Origin: a virus
DNA length: 54,320 nt
Strand: one strand, 5' to 3'
Virus genome (UHGV): UHGV-1522278
Shown one piece after another: positions 1 through 9,267 of this stretch; position 1 is the first letter of the stretch; the number at the start of each line of letters is the position of its first letter. A model generated the notes under the pieces. That model was not told the origin of the DNA. It saw only the letters and a program-made list of their open reading frames with translations, and did not search any database. The position numbers were made by a program, and so were the translations under genes.

Positions 1-116
1 CCGTTCTCTCTTAAGACAAACGTGGGTAAATCCCCGGACCTATCGGCAGACCAACAAGATACCACGCCAGCAACATCAGCAGCCATACCACCAAAAAGAT
101 AAGTAGGTAGCGCCAT
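1..116 (-). CDS. 5' end of a flanking (probably host) ORF, truncated by the window edge
   Basis: ATG at 116 on the minus strand opens a frame that runs off the left edge (MALPTYLFGGMAADVAGVV...); lies outside the candidate att repeat; no strong RBS. Confidence 0.2.
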   Translation of the reverse strand, partial: MALPTYLFGGMAADVAGVVSCWSADRSGDLPTFVLREN

Positions 117-130
117 TTCTATCATTTTAT

Positions 131-213
131 ATCGTGTCACATCGTCACCGTTTCGCGTTGATTTAAAAAGAAATATTTATTCTATCGTGTCATATCGTTC
201 CCCATCGTGTTAC
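131..213. repeat. direct repeats ATCGTGTCA(C/T)ATCGT x2 plus a partial third copy (ATCGTGTT)
   Basis: copies at 131-145, 184-198 and 204-211, read directly; possible arm-type Int sites or host operator repeats. Confidence 0.4.
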
Positions 214-230
214 TATCCATGCGTAAAATG

Positions 231-252
231 TGTGTACCAAATAGTGACCAAA
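231..252. repeat. candidate attL core (22-bp imperfect direct repeat, partner at 54122-54143)
   Basis: TGTGTACCAAATaGTGACCAAA here vs TGTGTACCAAATtGTGACCAAA at the right end; abuts the int start codon. Confidence 0.4.
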
Positions 253-256
253 AATC

Positions 257-1456
257 ATGCTTACAGATACCAAACTAAGAAACATCCACGGCAAGCCATA
301 CGACGGCCCGGAAGAAGTACCGGATGCGGGCGGATTGTCTGCCAGGATAAGCCCGCGCGGAGTTATATCTTTCCAGTATCGCTACCGATTCAACGGCAAG
401 CCTCGACGGATGAAGATCGGCACATACGGAGAAATAACACTTAAAGAAGCCCGCGCGGCGGTGGCTGAACATAAGGAAGTGTTAAACTCAGGACGAGATC
501 CATCAATCGTAAAAAGAATGCACTTTTCCCGCGTTACGACACGGGCAACGGTTGAGGATATTGTCAGGGAGTACATGGAATCACCGCAGGCAAGAAACAT
601 GGTTAACTATAAGCAGGTTGAAGCGATGTTGAATAAGCACGTCATCAGGCCATACGGTGTCTATATAGTCGATGATATGGACGCTATGATGTGGGAGGGT
701 GTTTTTAGAAAGGTGGCTAATGGTGGTGCACCAGTTCAGGCGGGCATAGTTCTCAACAGAATGAAAGCGGTAATAAAATACGCCATGCGTCGCCGCCGCG
801 TGGATCGTGACGACATATCGTTACTACGCGTGAAAGACGTTGGTAAAAACCCGGCGCAAGGGAAGCGGGTTTTATCAATACAGGAGATTCGCCATCTAAT
901 CAGCCTTATAGACAGTTCAAAAATGGCGCGTCTAAATCAGATATTGATGAAACTGATTATATTCACCGGATGCAGGACAAGCGAGCTAACAAACGCAAGG
1001 CGAGAACATTTCGATCTTGATAACTGCGTGTGGACTGTGCCTGGTGCATTGAGTAAGAACAGAAACGAGTTTAAACGCGGTTTATCCGACGTTAGCGTCG
1101 ATTTATTGCGTGAGGCTATGGATCTGCATAGCTTTGATTTTGTCTTCGTTCCCGTTCTTTCTGGAAGGGATGAGGCGGTGGACAGAAGCGTACCGAAAAC
1201 AGCGGCAAGGGATTTAATGATGAGGATGGGCGGCGAGCCGTGGTCGTGTCACGATCTACGCCGCACCGTGAGGACAAACCTTTCAGCGCTTGGCGTTGCG
1301 CCTCACGTCGCTGAAAAGGTTTTGGGGCATAAGCTGGCGGGGATGTTGGCTATATACGATCAGTATGACTATGTGAGGGAACAAATAGAGGCGATGAATA
1401 AGCTGGCTGATTATTACATGAAGCCCATTGATTTACAAAATGAAATAACATCCTGA
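257..1456 (+). CDS. int: tyrosine recombinase / phage integrase
   Basis: 399 aa; C-terminal catalytic region with HDLRRT and VLGH..Y motifs typical of the tyrosine integrase family; at the prophage end. Confidence 0.93.
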   Translation: MLTDTKLRNIHGKPYDGPEEVPDAGGLSARISPRGVISFQYRYRFNGKPRRMKIGTYGEITLKEARAAVAEHKEVLNSGRDPSIVKRMHFSRVTTRATVEDIVREYMESPQARNMVNYKQVEAMLNKHVIRPYGVYIVDDMDAMMWEGVFRKVANGGAPVQAGIVLNRMKAVIKYAMRRRRVDRDDISLLRVKDVGKNPAQGKRVLSIQEIRHLISLIDSSKMARLNQILMKLIIFTGCRTSELTNARREHFDLDNCVWTVPGALSKNRNEFKRGLSDVSVDLLREAMDLHSFDFVFVPVLSGRDEAVDRSVPKTAARDLMMRMGGEPWSCHDLRRTVRTNLSALGVAPHVAEKVLGHKLAGMLAIYDQYDYVREQIEAMNKLADYYMKPIDLQNEITS

Positions 1457-1632
1457 TAACGGTAAAGAGATCCGCCGCGCTTTAATGCTGGCATCCCCTT
1501 AACAGGTTCAGGGAAAGGAGTTCCCGCATCTTTCCATTTTTTAACGAGCTTAAAAAAGGCGGACTTACTAAGCCCGCCCAACATTTTTTGCACTTGCTCA
1601 CGATTAATAAGTATTGTCCCGATCTTATCCAT
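1414..1632 (-). CDS. AlpA-family excisionase / transcriptional regulator
   Basis: 72 aa, small HTH protein resembling AlpA-type phage regulators, directly next to int. Confidence 0.7.
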   Translation of the reverse strand: MDKIGTILINREQVQKMLGGLSKSAFFKLVKKWKDAGTPFPEPVKGMPALKRGGSLYRYQDVISFCKSMGFM

Positions 1633-2294
1633 TATCTTTTCCCCGTGAATTCAACATGTCCGATACATCCATCAATAATAGCTTGCGCCATATTGCGATA
1701 ATCGCACGAAAAATCGTTGTCGTGGTTAAAGTCAATCTCTTTTGCCGCGTCTTCACCCATGACATTGATAGCAAGTGCAAGCGCGATTTCAGATAGTGCC
1801 TTTTCTTTCGGGTCAATGTGAATGCGGTAAGAGTATTGTTTCCATGCGATTGCTGTTTCAATATCTGATACTAATTTACTGTGAGCGATAGCCCAATTAT
1901 CACCGAGATATAAAAACTTGACGACATCAAGAACCGTTCCGCTGGTTACACCCATACAATCAAGCCACACATTAACAGGAGGTTTATCACCTGCGGCCCA
2001 TTCCGTTTTTTCTGGTTGTTTTTCGCAGTCATGCCGCTCATCTTCGATTAATTCATCAATGATCTCACTTTCTTTATTCATGCCGTCATCATCCTTATTC
2101 GATAAATTAGCGTATTTATCAAATTTCCAGCTTGCAGCCATAACCGAATAAGTGCCGCCAGTGTCAGCGCGAACACCCAATAGATAGTATGATCCAAAAT
2201 TATATTCTGTGCGGCATGTTGTTACCTCAAACGATGGGTAACATTCAGGGTTAGTGCGATGGCTAATCACGCCAATTGCTTTAAGTTTATTCAT
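1632..2294 (-). CDS. hypothetical protein (att-proximal cargo)
   Basis: 220-aa ORF with an acidic central stretch; no motif recognised. Confidence 0.55.
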   Translation of the reverse strand: MNKLKAIGVISHRTNPECYPSFEVTTCRTEYNFGSYYLLGVRADTGGTYSVMAASWKFDKYANLSNKDDDGMNKESEIIDELIEDERHDCEKQPEKTEWAAGDKPPVNVWLDCMGVTSGTVLDVVKFLYLGDNWAIAHSKLVSDIETAIAWKQYSYRIHIDPKEKALSEIALALAINVMGEDAAKEIDFNHDNDFSCDYRNMAQAIIDGCIGHVEFTGKR

Positions 2295-2308
2295 TTGCTT
2301 ATCCTCAA

Positions 2309-2485
2309 TTACGCCACCGTTACATTGTCAACTTTGATAAAATATTCAGGATGGTTTTCTATTTCGTGCTTGAAGTGTGCGTGACACAATCGCCAATCAC
2401 GCGCCTGGTTGTGAAAGTAATAAACATATTCGCCATCAATCTTATACAAAATTCCAGTAGGTTTAGCCATATAATAACGAGCCAT
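2309..2485 (-). CDS. hypothetical protein
   Basis: start trimmed to the internal ATG at 2485 (GGGGG RBS; ATG overlaps the ninB stop by 1 nt); 58 aa. Confidence 0.45.
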   Translation of the reverse strand: MARYYMAKPTGILYKIDGEYVYYFHNQARDWRLCHAHFKHEIENHPEYFIKVDNVTVA

Positions 2486-2916
2486 TATTGCCCCCAGCGT
2501 TTTATAAATTCCTCGTTTAACTTCGTATCGCCAGACCACTGAACACCGTGTTCAGCGCCGAACGAGTAGATCAGTTCGATTAATTCGCTAAATTCTGATT
2601 TACTCATCCGGCTGGTTGATGTTCCCAGCACAACAAAACCTGATTTATCCAGGTTAGGGACAACGCCATATTTCTTAAGCCCGGCAGTGAATACCGCCTT
2701 CCAGTCTTCCGGCGACAGCTTTTTGCCGTACCAATTAACCTGATCGCTAACGTCTGTCAGCAGCGCCCAAAGTAACGCGTTTTGACTCAGCGAGCGGGTT
2801 TTCTCCTGGATGGTAATGACCAGCGGGCTTTTGCTATCAGGCAGGATTTCCTTTATCTGCCTGATAGCGTTTTCTTTTACGGCATCGTTGACTATTTCAA
2901 ATCTTATTTGCCTCAT
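2485..2916 (-). CDS. ninB: NinB-like recombination protein (Orf family)
   Basis: 143 aa with clear similarity to lambda NinB (IQE..RSL.QN..LWA.L.DVS.QV.W.G, VVPNL, GFVV.G.STSRM). Confidence 0.85.
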   Translation of the reverse strand: MRQIRFEIVNDAVKENAIRQIKEILPDSKSPLVITIQEKTRSLSQNALLWALLTDVSDQVNWYGKKLSPEDWKAVFTAGLKKYGVVPNLDKSGFVVLGTSTSRMSKSEFSELIELIYSFGAEHGVQWSGDTKLNEEFIKRWGQ

Positions 2917-3110
2917 GATACACCGTTACTATTTTTCCACTGTGCCCGCGCATACATGATCGCCCGCAAAGAAATTAGGCGCGAGCTTGTCATGAAAGCG
3001 CTTTTTAAGTACCTCATATCAACAACAACAGGCTTATCAGGATCGTCGCCGCGCATGTATTCCGCAATTGTGCTTAAGTCTTCCACGGTCAAATCTAATT
3101 CCCTATTCAT
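2913..3110 (-). CDS. hypothetical protein
   Basis: 65-aa ORF in the nin-like region, start coupled to upstream gene. Confidence 0.45.
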   Translation of the reverse strand: MNRELDLTVEDLSTIAEYMRGDDPDKPVVVDMRYLKSAFMTSSRLISLRAIMYARAQWKNSNGVS

Positions 3111-3119
3111 GGCCGCCCC

Positions 3120-3326
3120 TTACACAATCCGCATTGTGTTTCGTAACTCACCGCGCAGCGCCTGCAAAGCGTAACGAATAGGCACAAAAGCCCGGTTAAA
3201 TTTTACATGCTTATACTTGCGCATTAATGGAGGCGTATAAACCATCGTGCCGCAACGATCGCATGTGAATTTAAAGTGAGATTCGTCAATAAACGTTTCA
3301 ACTGAATAAAAAATTACCCGTCTCAT
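3120..3326 (-). CDS. hypothetical protein with a CxxC pair
   Basis: 68-aa ORF containing CDRCG. Confidence 0.45.
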   Translation of the reverse strand: MRRVIFYSVETFIDESHFKFTCDRCGTMVYTPPLMRKYKHVKFNRAFVPIRYALQALRGELRNTMRIV

Positions 3327-3880
3327 AATTCCAACCCCGTTTCTCCGTTAAGTTTTTCAATCTCAAATACTGGTTTATCAGGTAGCAGGTAGTTATTTTT
3401 CCGGTACTCGTTCAGGCGGCTGTCAAAGTCAAACGCCAAATCATTGGCGTGACCGAATCGCCCAGGTTTAAACAGTGAGTAAAAATTAACCCCATGCCTA
3501 TTTGGATCAACGCAAAGCGTTTCATCAATCACCATTAAACGCAGAGTACGAGAAAGATAATTCCACGGTATACCCGTTTCAGCGCTAATGTCGCGCATAC
3601 GCTTTTTAACGCTGTAGTCACCAAATAACGACGCGACACGCTCACGACGTTCAGCATATAACTGTTTAATACGATAACCCAGCAGGCGGCGGCGGCGTCC
3701 AAAGCATGTATACACGCGCTCGACGATGCCGTTTTTTATTAAGTGTTTAATTGTCTCAGGCATGATTCCATACTTATCATACCCAGCCAATAACCCTGTT
3801 TTCTGGCGTAACTGGTGCATTGTTGCGATGCCATCAAGTTCAAGGATATTGATAATTTTTGTTTCAATTTCAGCGCTCAT
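3323..3880 (-). CDS. hypothetical protein
   Basis: 185-aa ORF downstream of the helicase gene in the same operon. Confidence 0.55.
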   Translation of the reverse strand: MSAEIETKIINILELDGIATMHQLRQKTGLLAGYDKYGIMPETIKHLIKNGIVERVYTCFGRRRRLLGYRIKQLYAERRERVASLFGDYSVKKRMRDISAETGIPWNYLSRTLRLMVIDETLCVDPNRHGVNFYSLFKPGRFGHANDLAFDFDSRLNEYRKNNYLLPDKPVFEIEKLNGETGLEL

Positions 3881-3956
3881 TTTTAGCCTCGTTTAAAACG
3901 CGATAACAGCCACCAGAAAGCGGTAAACTTTCCGGTAAGCCGTTTGCTCAGATTAA

Positions 3957-5372
3957 TTAAAAAGATGTGTTATTCTGATTGTTTCGTTGGTTAAAACGGC
4001 TTGTGCGATGATTCATTGACTGAATACACGCGGCGGCGGCGCGAGCCTGGTCGCATGGCAAGATATTACCGTTGTCATCAAACCGCTGGTAAACAGTTCC
4101 AGACTTACCATGACGGTTTTTTGACACAATGATTTCCATATATTCGCGGGCAACAGACTGTTCATCGTAATATCCATCTCGGTAAACCATGATTATCCTG
4201 TCGGCATCTTGCTCAAGGTTGCCAGAATCACGAAGATCAGAATTGTTAGGGCGCTTGTTCGGTCGTTCCTCAACGCGGCGTGACAGTTGCGCCAGCGCCA
4301 ACACTGGTACACGCAATTCTTTCGCCATCATCTTCAACGACCACGACAATTGCCCTACAGCGAGATCGTGACGTTCGGCCTTAGCCAGCTTCATTAACCC
4401 GATGTAGTCAATCATTACCATGCCCAAATTTGGGTGATCCTGTTTCATGCGTTCCGTTGTTGCGCGTATTTCCTCAACCGTTAACTGCGACGCGTCAACG
4501 ATCCACACATCAAGGTTAGCAAGTGCGCTCATGCCCTGGCCGACATGCGCCCACCCCTCATCATCAAGTTTTACCGGATTGCGCAGGCAGTCGGTTGATA
4601 AATTACCAGCGCCAGCGATGGCGCGTTCAGTCATCTGATCGAGTGACATTTCAAGCGTGAAGAACAAAACGCCAACCCGCTGATCTTTACTGCCAGGGTA
4701 AGGGCGTTCAGCGGCAGCGCGGGCAATTGCAAGCGCCAACGCAGATTTACCAGACCCAGGACGTCCAGCTAAAAGCACCAAATCAGTAGCGTTAATGCCG
4801 CCCAACATCTCATCGAGTGGATCTATCCCTGTTTTGATGTTGTCAGAATTAACACCGCATTCCATGCGCTTGCTTAAAACGTCCGTATATTCCTGTACCG
4901 CATCACGCAACAGAACAGGAATGATCTTATCTTTCGTTACCTTTAATTTTGAATACCGGGAATCAAAATCTTTCATCGTCTCTTTGACGACCTCAAGCGT
5001 CCCCGTCTCCAGTTTGTAGCGCATATCGTCGATGAGTTCCAACATCTGCCGCCGCTGGTGCTCTTCACGTAGTAGCTGTGCGTATCCCTTAAGGTTGGCA
5101 GCAGAAGGGCACGAACGCGCCGTTTGCATTAGGGGCACGAAATTTTCATTGCCAATCTCATCGCCAACAAGCAATGCGTCTATCAGATTCCTGTTTCTGG
5201 CTTGCGCCCGGATAACTTCAAACGCACGTTTATAAAGCGGGATCGTGAACACTTCAGGATCAAGCGTGGCGAGAACATCTTGCGCGTTAGGAGTAAGGCC
5301 ACCCAACAACAGCCCGCCGATAACTGACGCCTCACGTTCCTGCCGTAGTGAGTTTATTTGCTCAGTTACCAT
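3957..5372 (-). CDS. replicative DNA helicase, DnaB family
   Basis: 471 aa; Walker A GRPGSGKS and DnaB-like N- and C-terminal regions. Confidence 0.9.
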   Translation of the reverse strand: MVTEQINSLRQEREASVIGGLLLGGLTPNAQDVLATLDPEVFTIPLYKRAFEVIRAQARNRNLIDALLVGDEIGNENFVPLMQTARSCPSAANLKGYAQLLREEHQRRQMLELIDDMRYKLETGTLEVVKETMKDFDSRYSKLKVTKDKIIPVLLRDAVQEYTDVLSKRMECGVNSDNIKTGIDPLDEMLGGINATDLVLLAGRPGSGKSALALAIARAAAERPYPGSKDQRVGVLFFTLEMSLDQMTERAIAGAGNLSTDCLRNPVKLDDEGWAHVGQGMSALANLDVWIVDASQLTVEEIRATTERMKQDHPNLGMVMIDYIGLMKLAKAERHDLAVGQLSWSLKMMAKELRVPVLALAQLSRRVEERPNKRPNNSDLRDSGNLEQDADRIIMVYRDGYYDEQSVAREYMEIIVSKNRHGKSGTVYQRFDDNGNILPCDQARAAAACIQSMNHRTSRFNQRNNQNNTSF

Positions 5373-5390
5373 TATGTTATTTCCTCCGGT

Positions 5391-6509
5391 TTACAAAATG
5401 GAAAATTCAGGGTAATAAACAAAGCGCCCGATCTCACCATGATCCGGGCTGTAGATGATAACCGCCGCCAGGCGACGCGACCGCCATCCGCCATTAGTCG
5501 AATAAGCATCCTTACCGGCTAACGTGCCGTGGTGCTCAACAATTCCGAGCGACGTTTCAACGACTGATTGATGGTGCAGATGTCCAGTGTGCGCGTAAAC
5601 AGCAACCGACTTCCCGAAATCCTCGCGCCAGTCAGAGACGCAAGCAGCCAATAAATTTTCAGGCTTTTTGATAGTGTGCCCGTGGTGGTAAGCGAGAAAT
5701 GTTTTACCGTACTGCGTGTGGTGAACGATAGCAGGTGACACATCAACCGTCACACGCGGTTCATCTTCGTAAAAAGCCGCCAGCGCCGCACGTAACCAGA
5801 TCATCCCTGACTGATCGTGATTGCCTGATAACACCTGGATTTCAATATCCTTATGATTTAACAACATCTTACCTACAGCACGCCGGACAGACCTGATCGC
5901 TACATAGACAAGTTTTGCATAACGACTATCTTGATCAAGAATGTGCCCGCTTGTTGGCGTAACCGGGACCATTCCATCAGAATGAAGCAGGTCGCCACCT
6001 AGAAGCAAAACGGCTTTTTCAGACATCGGCGCGGCGCCCACAGCGTAGTCAAAGAAGTCATTCAACACGCGCTCAGCGATCCCGGTGTCGTAGCTCTCGC
6101 CGCATTCTGCTTTGTGAGCAAGTGCGCCGATATGCAGATCAAATACCGGATAAAGGGCCAGGCTTTTTTGGAAATCAATTTCCGGCACTGGCACGGCCTC
6201 CGCGCGTGGTATTTCTTCCGTGAATGCGTCGCGGGCCGATTCCATTAGCTGTTCCATTTCATCGCGGTCACGGGCTGTTTTAATCCAGCGCATGATCACA
6301 TTGCCGTTCTTATCGACTAGCAACGACTCGCCATTGACGCCAAAACCAGGCGCGCGGCGTGTTGACAATAAACCGCGTTTCGCCAGTTTTGCCCCCAGGC
6401 GCTCTACGTTGCGTTTTGACATGCCGTACTTTTCAGCGATCTGCTTGTACGTTAAACCGTTGTTATATTCAGCGATCAATTGCTCATCGCTTATCTTTCT
6501 TTGTGACAT
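5391..6509 (-). CDS. HTH domain fused to a calcineurin-like metallophosphoesterase
   Basis: 372 aa; N-terminal HTH (LTYKQIAEKYGMSKRNVERL); phosphoesterase motifs DLH, GGDLLH, GNHD, HHGH, GHLHH. Confidence 0.8.
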   Translation of the reverse strand: MSQRKISDEQLIAEYNNGLTYKQIAEKYGMSKRNVERLGAKLAKRGLLSTRRAPGFGVNGESLLVDKNGNVIMRWIKTARDRDEMEQLMESARDAFTEEIPRAEAVPVPEIDFQKSLALYPVFDLHIGALAHKAECGESYDTGIAERVLNDFFDYAVGAAPMSEKAVLLLGGDLLHSDGMVPVTPTSGHILDQDSRYAKLVYVAIRSVRRAVGKMLLNHKDIEIQVLSGNHDQSGMIWLRAALAAFYEDEPRVTVDVSPAIVHHTQYGKTFLAYHHGHTIKKPENLLAACVSDWREDFGKSVAVYAHTGHLHHQSVVETSLGIVEHHGTLAGKDAYSTNGGWRSRRLAAVIIYSPDHGEIGRFVYYPEFSIL

Positions 6510-6543
6510 AGTGTCATTTCCTCACGAATAACAAATTGTATAC

Positions 6544-7284
6544 TTAGTTACAAGTTAAAAGCTCAGTGATCCATACTTGTCCTTTAGCAGTGAATACAGC
6601 CTGCTCATATCCATCGTGAGTTACCCTCATTTCACCGTAGCCCTCATCAATAAACCACTGACTGAATACACGGCGGCGACAGCGAAGATCGTAAACACCA
6701 ACCGCCGAAAGTTTTCTGTTTAATTTTACGGCTGACATTCCCAGCGGTTTAGCTACCTCTGAAGCCGTTCGGTGCATATCGTTTTTGACTATCGCGTCAC
6801 ATACAGCCGCTTTCGGAGCCAGCACCTTGTTTTCAAGCGTAAGCCGTTCATTTTCTTTCTTAACTAACAATTTTTGCTCAACCTCATCCGCCCATGCGCG
6901 GGCTGCCGCAACCGGATCAGTGAAATCCGGCAAAGCTAGTTTGTGTTGCGCCTCCTCCAACTCTTTAACGCGTTTAATTACCTTCATGCGTTGCTTAACG
7001 TCATAGCCAGTGATCAAGCACATTGTTAGCTCTTTATTTAGCAAAACCTCATCAATGACGTTGCGACCTTTGTACTGCTTGTACTTAAACAAAAACCCTA
7101 TAAATTCAAAATCCTGCATTTTTGCAGGATAAAAATCATGTTCAGTAAACCCTAAATCTAGCAGCATGTTTTTAATATCACGCACAACCACAGAAGAATG
7201 ATCCTTGTCTGTTGCTTCTGCTATTTCACGCGATGAAATCATTAATACTTCGCTATCGACATCAAAAACCATCAATTCAGACAT
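6544..7284 (-). CDS. antirepressor-like protein (Rha N-terminal + KilA-C/ANT C-terminal domains)
   Basis: start set at the ATG at 7284 with GGAGA RBS; Rha-like motif ISSREIAEATDKDHSSVVRDI. Confidence 0.75.
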   Translation of the reverse strand: MSELMVFDVDSEVLMISSREIAEATDKDHSSVVVRDIKNMLLDLGFTEHDFYPAKMQDFEFIGFLFKYKQYKGRNVIDEVLLNKELTMCLITGYDVKQRMKVIKRVKELEEAQHKLALPDFTDPVAAARAWADEVEQKLLVKKENERLTLENKVLAPKAAVCDAIVKNDMHRTASEVAKPLGMSAVKLNRKLSAVGVYDLRCRRRVFSQWFIDEGYGEMRVTHDGYEQAVFTAKGQVWITELLTCN

Positions 7285-7651
7285 TGTATTTTCTCCGTAA
7301 AACGCGCTACAACGCAAAAATCCCACCGCGTAACCCGTTTGCACAGGTTGCAGTGTCTTATTGCGTTATAGACGCTCTCAGGTGGCTAATTTTTGATTTA
7401 CAGGATGGTATGAAGGTTATAGATTGACCAGAAGGAACAAACCGCCGAACAAAGCGACGTTAACGGCGATTGCAGCAGCGATGGCAAAAGCCAGGGCAAA
7501 AACGTGTTTACCGTCCATTTTGAAATCCTCTCTAAAACGCTCTCTAACGAGATAAATAGCTAAAGGTATGCAAGTGTAGCACTCAATGCTTTTTAGCTCG
7601 CTGGTGAGCTTGTTTTGCGGGTAATTTTGTGTTTTTGCGTATCGTGTTTGG

Positions 7652-8704
7652 TCAAAGAGCGCCACATCGTGTATCACGTAGCGTTTTTGGTTTAAGCAGG
7701 AAATCAAGTGTCGCAGTGAAGCCATCGCCGAAGTAAAAATCTGAAGCATTGTTTTTGAACGTTTCAAAGTAGGCGACAAAGCCGTTAATGCTTTTGTCTT
7801 TCAGGTAGTCAGTGAACGCATAAATCTTGCGTTCAAGATCCCGATCCAGTTCGGCAGGTGGCAACATGCCATCAAACGTGCTGTTAAATGCCTCCACTAC
7901 GTCGGCAGCGTTTGCAGTGGCTGACAGTTTGCGCCATTTTTCAGCATCAGCCAGATACCCATCAAATTTAGTCACCCGGCAAATGTTTATAGGCTTAGGT
8001 GTTCCACCACGGCTACGCCATTGCGTTAAAGCCCACTCAATCACTAATGTGATCTCATCCTCCGTATACGCTTTACGTGTTTTTGTTTCTGTCAGTAGTT
8101 CTACGAATGGCTTAGCATCACGACACTTGCATCCTGCCTTGTCGTTGTAGAAGGCCAGACAACGCAACGCCGCTTCGTTTACGCCATCCTGACTGACCGT
8201 TTTTTGTTCATTTTCGACAATACACGAAGTGTATATATCTTTTTCTCTTTCTTCTTCTTCTTCTAATTCTAATTCATGACCCTTTCCTGACCCTGTCATG
8301 ACCCTATCATGACCTTTTTGTGTTTGATTGATTAGCTTTTCTAATTTTAATTGCTCCTTAGCTGTGTTTATTGCTGCCCTGTATGCGCTTTTAGAAGTCA
8401 TTGATTGGTCAAGCCTTTTCAATAACTTTAAACAAGTTATGTGGCCCTGAGAACATTCGAATAAACCAATTTCGATAAAGTATTTCATCATTTCTTCTAT
8501 GCGCTTTTCAGTAGATCCTACGTTTCGCGCAATGATTCTTGCATCGTGTCGAAGGTCAAAATTAAGGTTGTGCTGATCTACGTCGTAAGTTATCAGTTCG
8601 AGGCAATACCAATAAAGACCGTAACCTTCCAGGCCATAATCTAATAAAACGTTTTGAAGTTTTTCATCGCGGTTCGCATCGCTATCATGCTTAAACCACT
8701 TCAT
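7652..8704 (-). CDS. phage replisome organiser / replication initiation protein (DnaD-like N-terminal domain)
   Basis: N-terminus MKWFKHDSDANRDEKL...GYGLYWYCLELI resembles the Lin1244-type replisome organiser domain; start 8704 chosen for GGAGGA spacing and ATGA coupling. Confidence 0.75.
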   Translation of the reverse strand: MKWFKHDSDANRDEKLQNVLLDYGLEGYGLYWYCLELITYDVDQHNLNFDLRHDARIIARNVGSTEKRIEEMMKYFIEIGLFECSQGHITCLKLLKRLDQSMTSKSAYRAAINTAKEQLKLEKLINQTQKGHDRVMTGSGKGHELELEEEEEREKDIYTSCIVENEQKTVSQDGVNEAALRCLAFYNDKAGCKCRDAKPFVELLTETKTRKAYTEDEITLVIEWALTQWRSRGGTPKPINICRVTKFDGYLADAEKWRKLSATANAADVVEAFNSTFDGMLPPAELDRDLERKIYAFTDYLKDKSINGFVAYFETFKNNASDFYFGDGFTATLDFLLKPKTLRDTRCGAL

Positions 8705-8706
8705 AA

Positions 8707-8961
8707 TCATTCCTCCGGCAACATAACTACATAGACACCACTAAACGCATCAATACGGCAAACAAACCCTTTGCTAATTAATGCGGCGAAGGCATCATGT
8801 ACCGTATGAACAGGAAGTTCACACATTTTTGCTACTTCTTCGCGTGATACGCTTGTCCGCCCCTGGCTATCCGCCGTCTCAGCAAGGGCGATCAAAACTA
8901 GTTTTTGAATCGGGCTGTTAAGTTTTACGTTCCATGCTTTGCTAATTATGTTCATGCTCAT
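8707..8961 (-). CDS. HTH DNA-binding protein, first gene of the leftward early operon
   Basis: 84 aa from the ATG at 8961 with AGGAGA RBS; HTH-like segment SREEVAKMCELPVHTVHDAF. Confidence 0.6.
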   Translation of the reverse strand: MSMNIISKAWNVKLNSPIQKLVLIALAETADSQGRTSVSREEVAKMCELPVHTVHDAFAALISKGFVCRIDAFSGVYVVMLPEE

Positions 8962-9070
8962 CGTGTTTTCTCCTATGGTTAGAGTGAACGCGCTGGCGGG
9001 CATCCAATTAGCATTAGATAGCAGTGACTGACCGCTCAACAGATCCCGCCGTTGCGTGATATTTGTTTTT

Positions 9071-9102
9071 CGCTTCGCAGCGACACCGGATTTTTAAAGA
9101 GC
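9071..9102 (-). promoter_or_regulatory. nut-like site (boxA-like GCUCUUUAA plus hairpin) in the leftward early leader
   Basis: minus-strand reading AGCTCTTTAAAAA then 11 nt then CGCTGCGAAGCG (4-5 bp stem, GCGA loop). Confidence 0.35.
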
Positions 9103-9143
9103 TTTTAAGGTATGTTCCTTTTGTGCTTTCCATTATCTTTTTT

Positions 9144-9159
9144 CTTGCATCCTTGCAAG
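9144..9159. promoter_or_regulatory. operator-like palindrome CTTGCA-tcct-TGCAAG in the divergent immunity region
   Basis: perfect 6-bp inverted half-sites; further half-sites CTGCAAG at 9176-9182 and CTTGCA at 9232-9237. Confidence 0.45.
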
Positions 9160-9267
9160 TATGGACTTACCTTGTCTGCAAGTTTACAGAATGGCGTTAA
9201 CAGGTCAAGGATTGAAAAATACATTTTGTGACTTGCATCAAACTTTTTTAGCTTATAGGGTAGCGAC

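Noticed and set aside
275-600. Minus-strand ORFs (65 and 72 aa) and a plus-strand ORF at 187-444 overlapping the integrase 5' region
   Set aside because: The integrase frame has full-length family similarity; the others are alternative-frame artefacts.
7417-7779. 120-aa minus-strand ORF overlapping the 3' end of the replisome organiser gene
   Set aside because: Out-of-frame overlap with a better-supported gene; only its C-terminal about 33 aa (7417-7518) is free and there is no convincing RBS.
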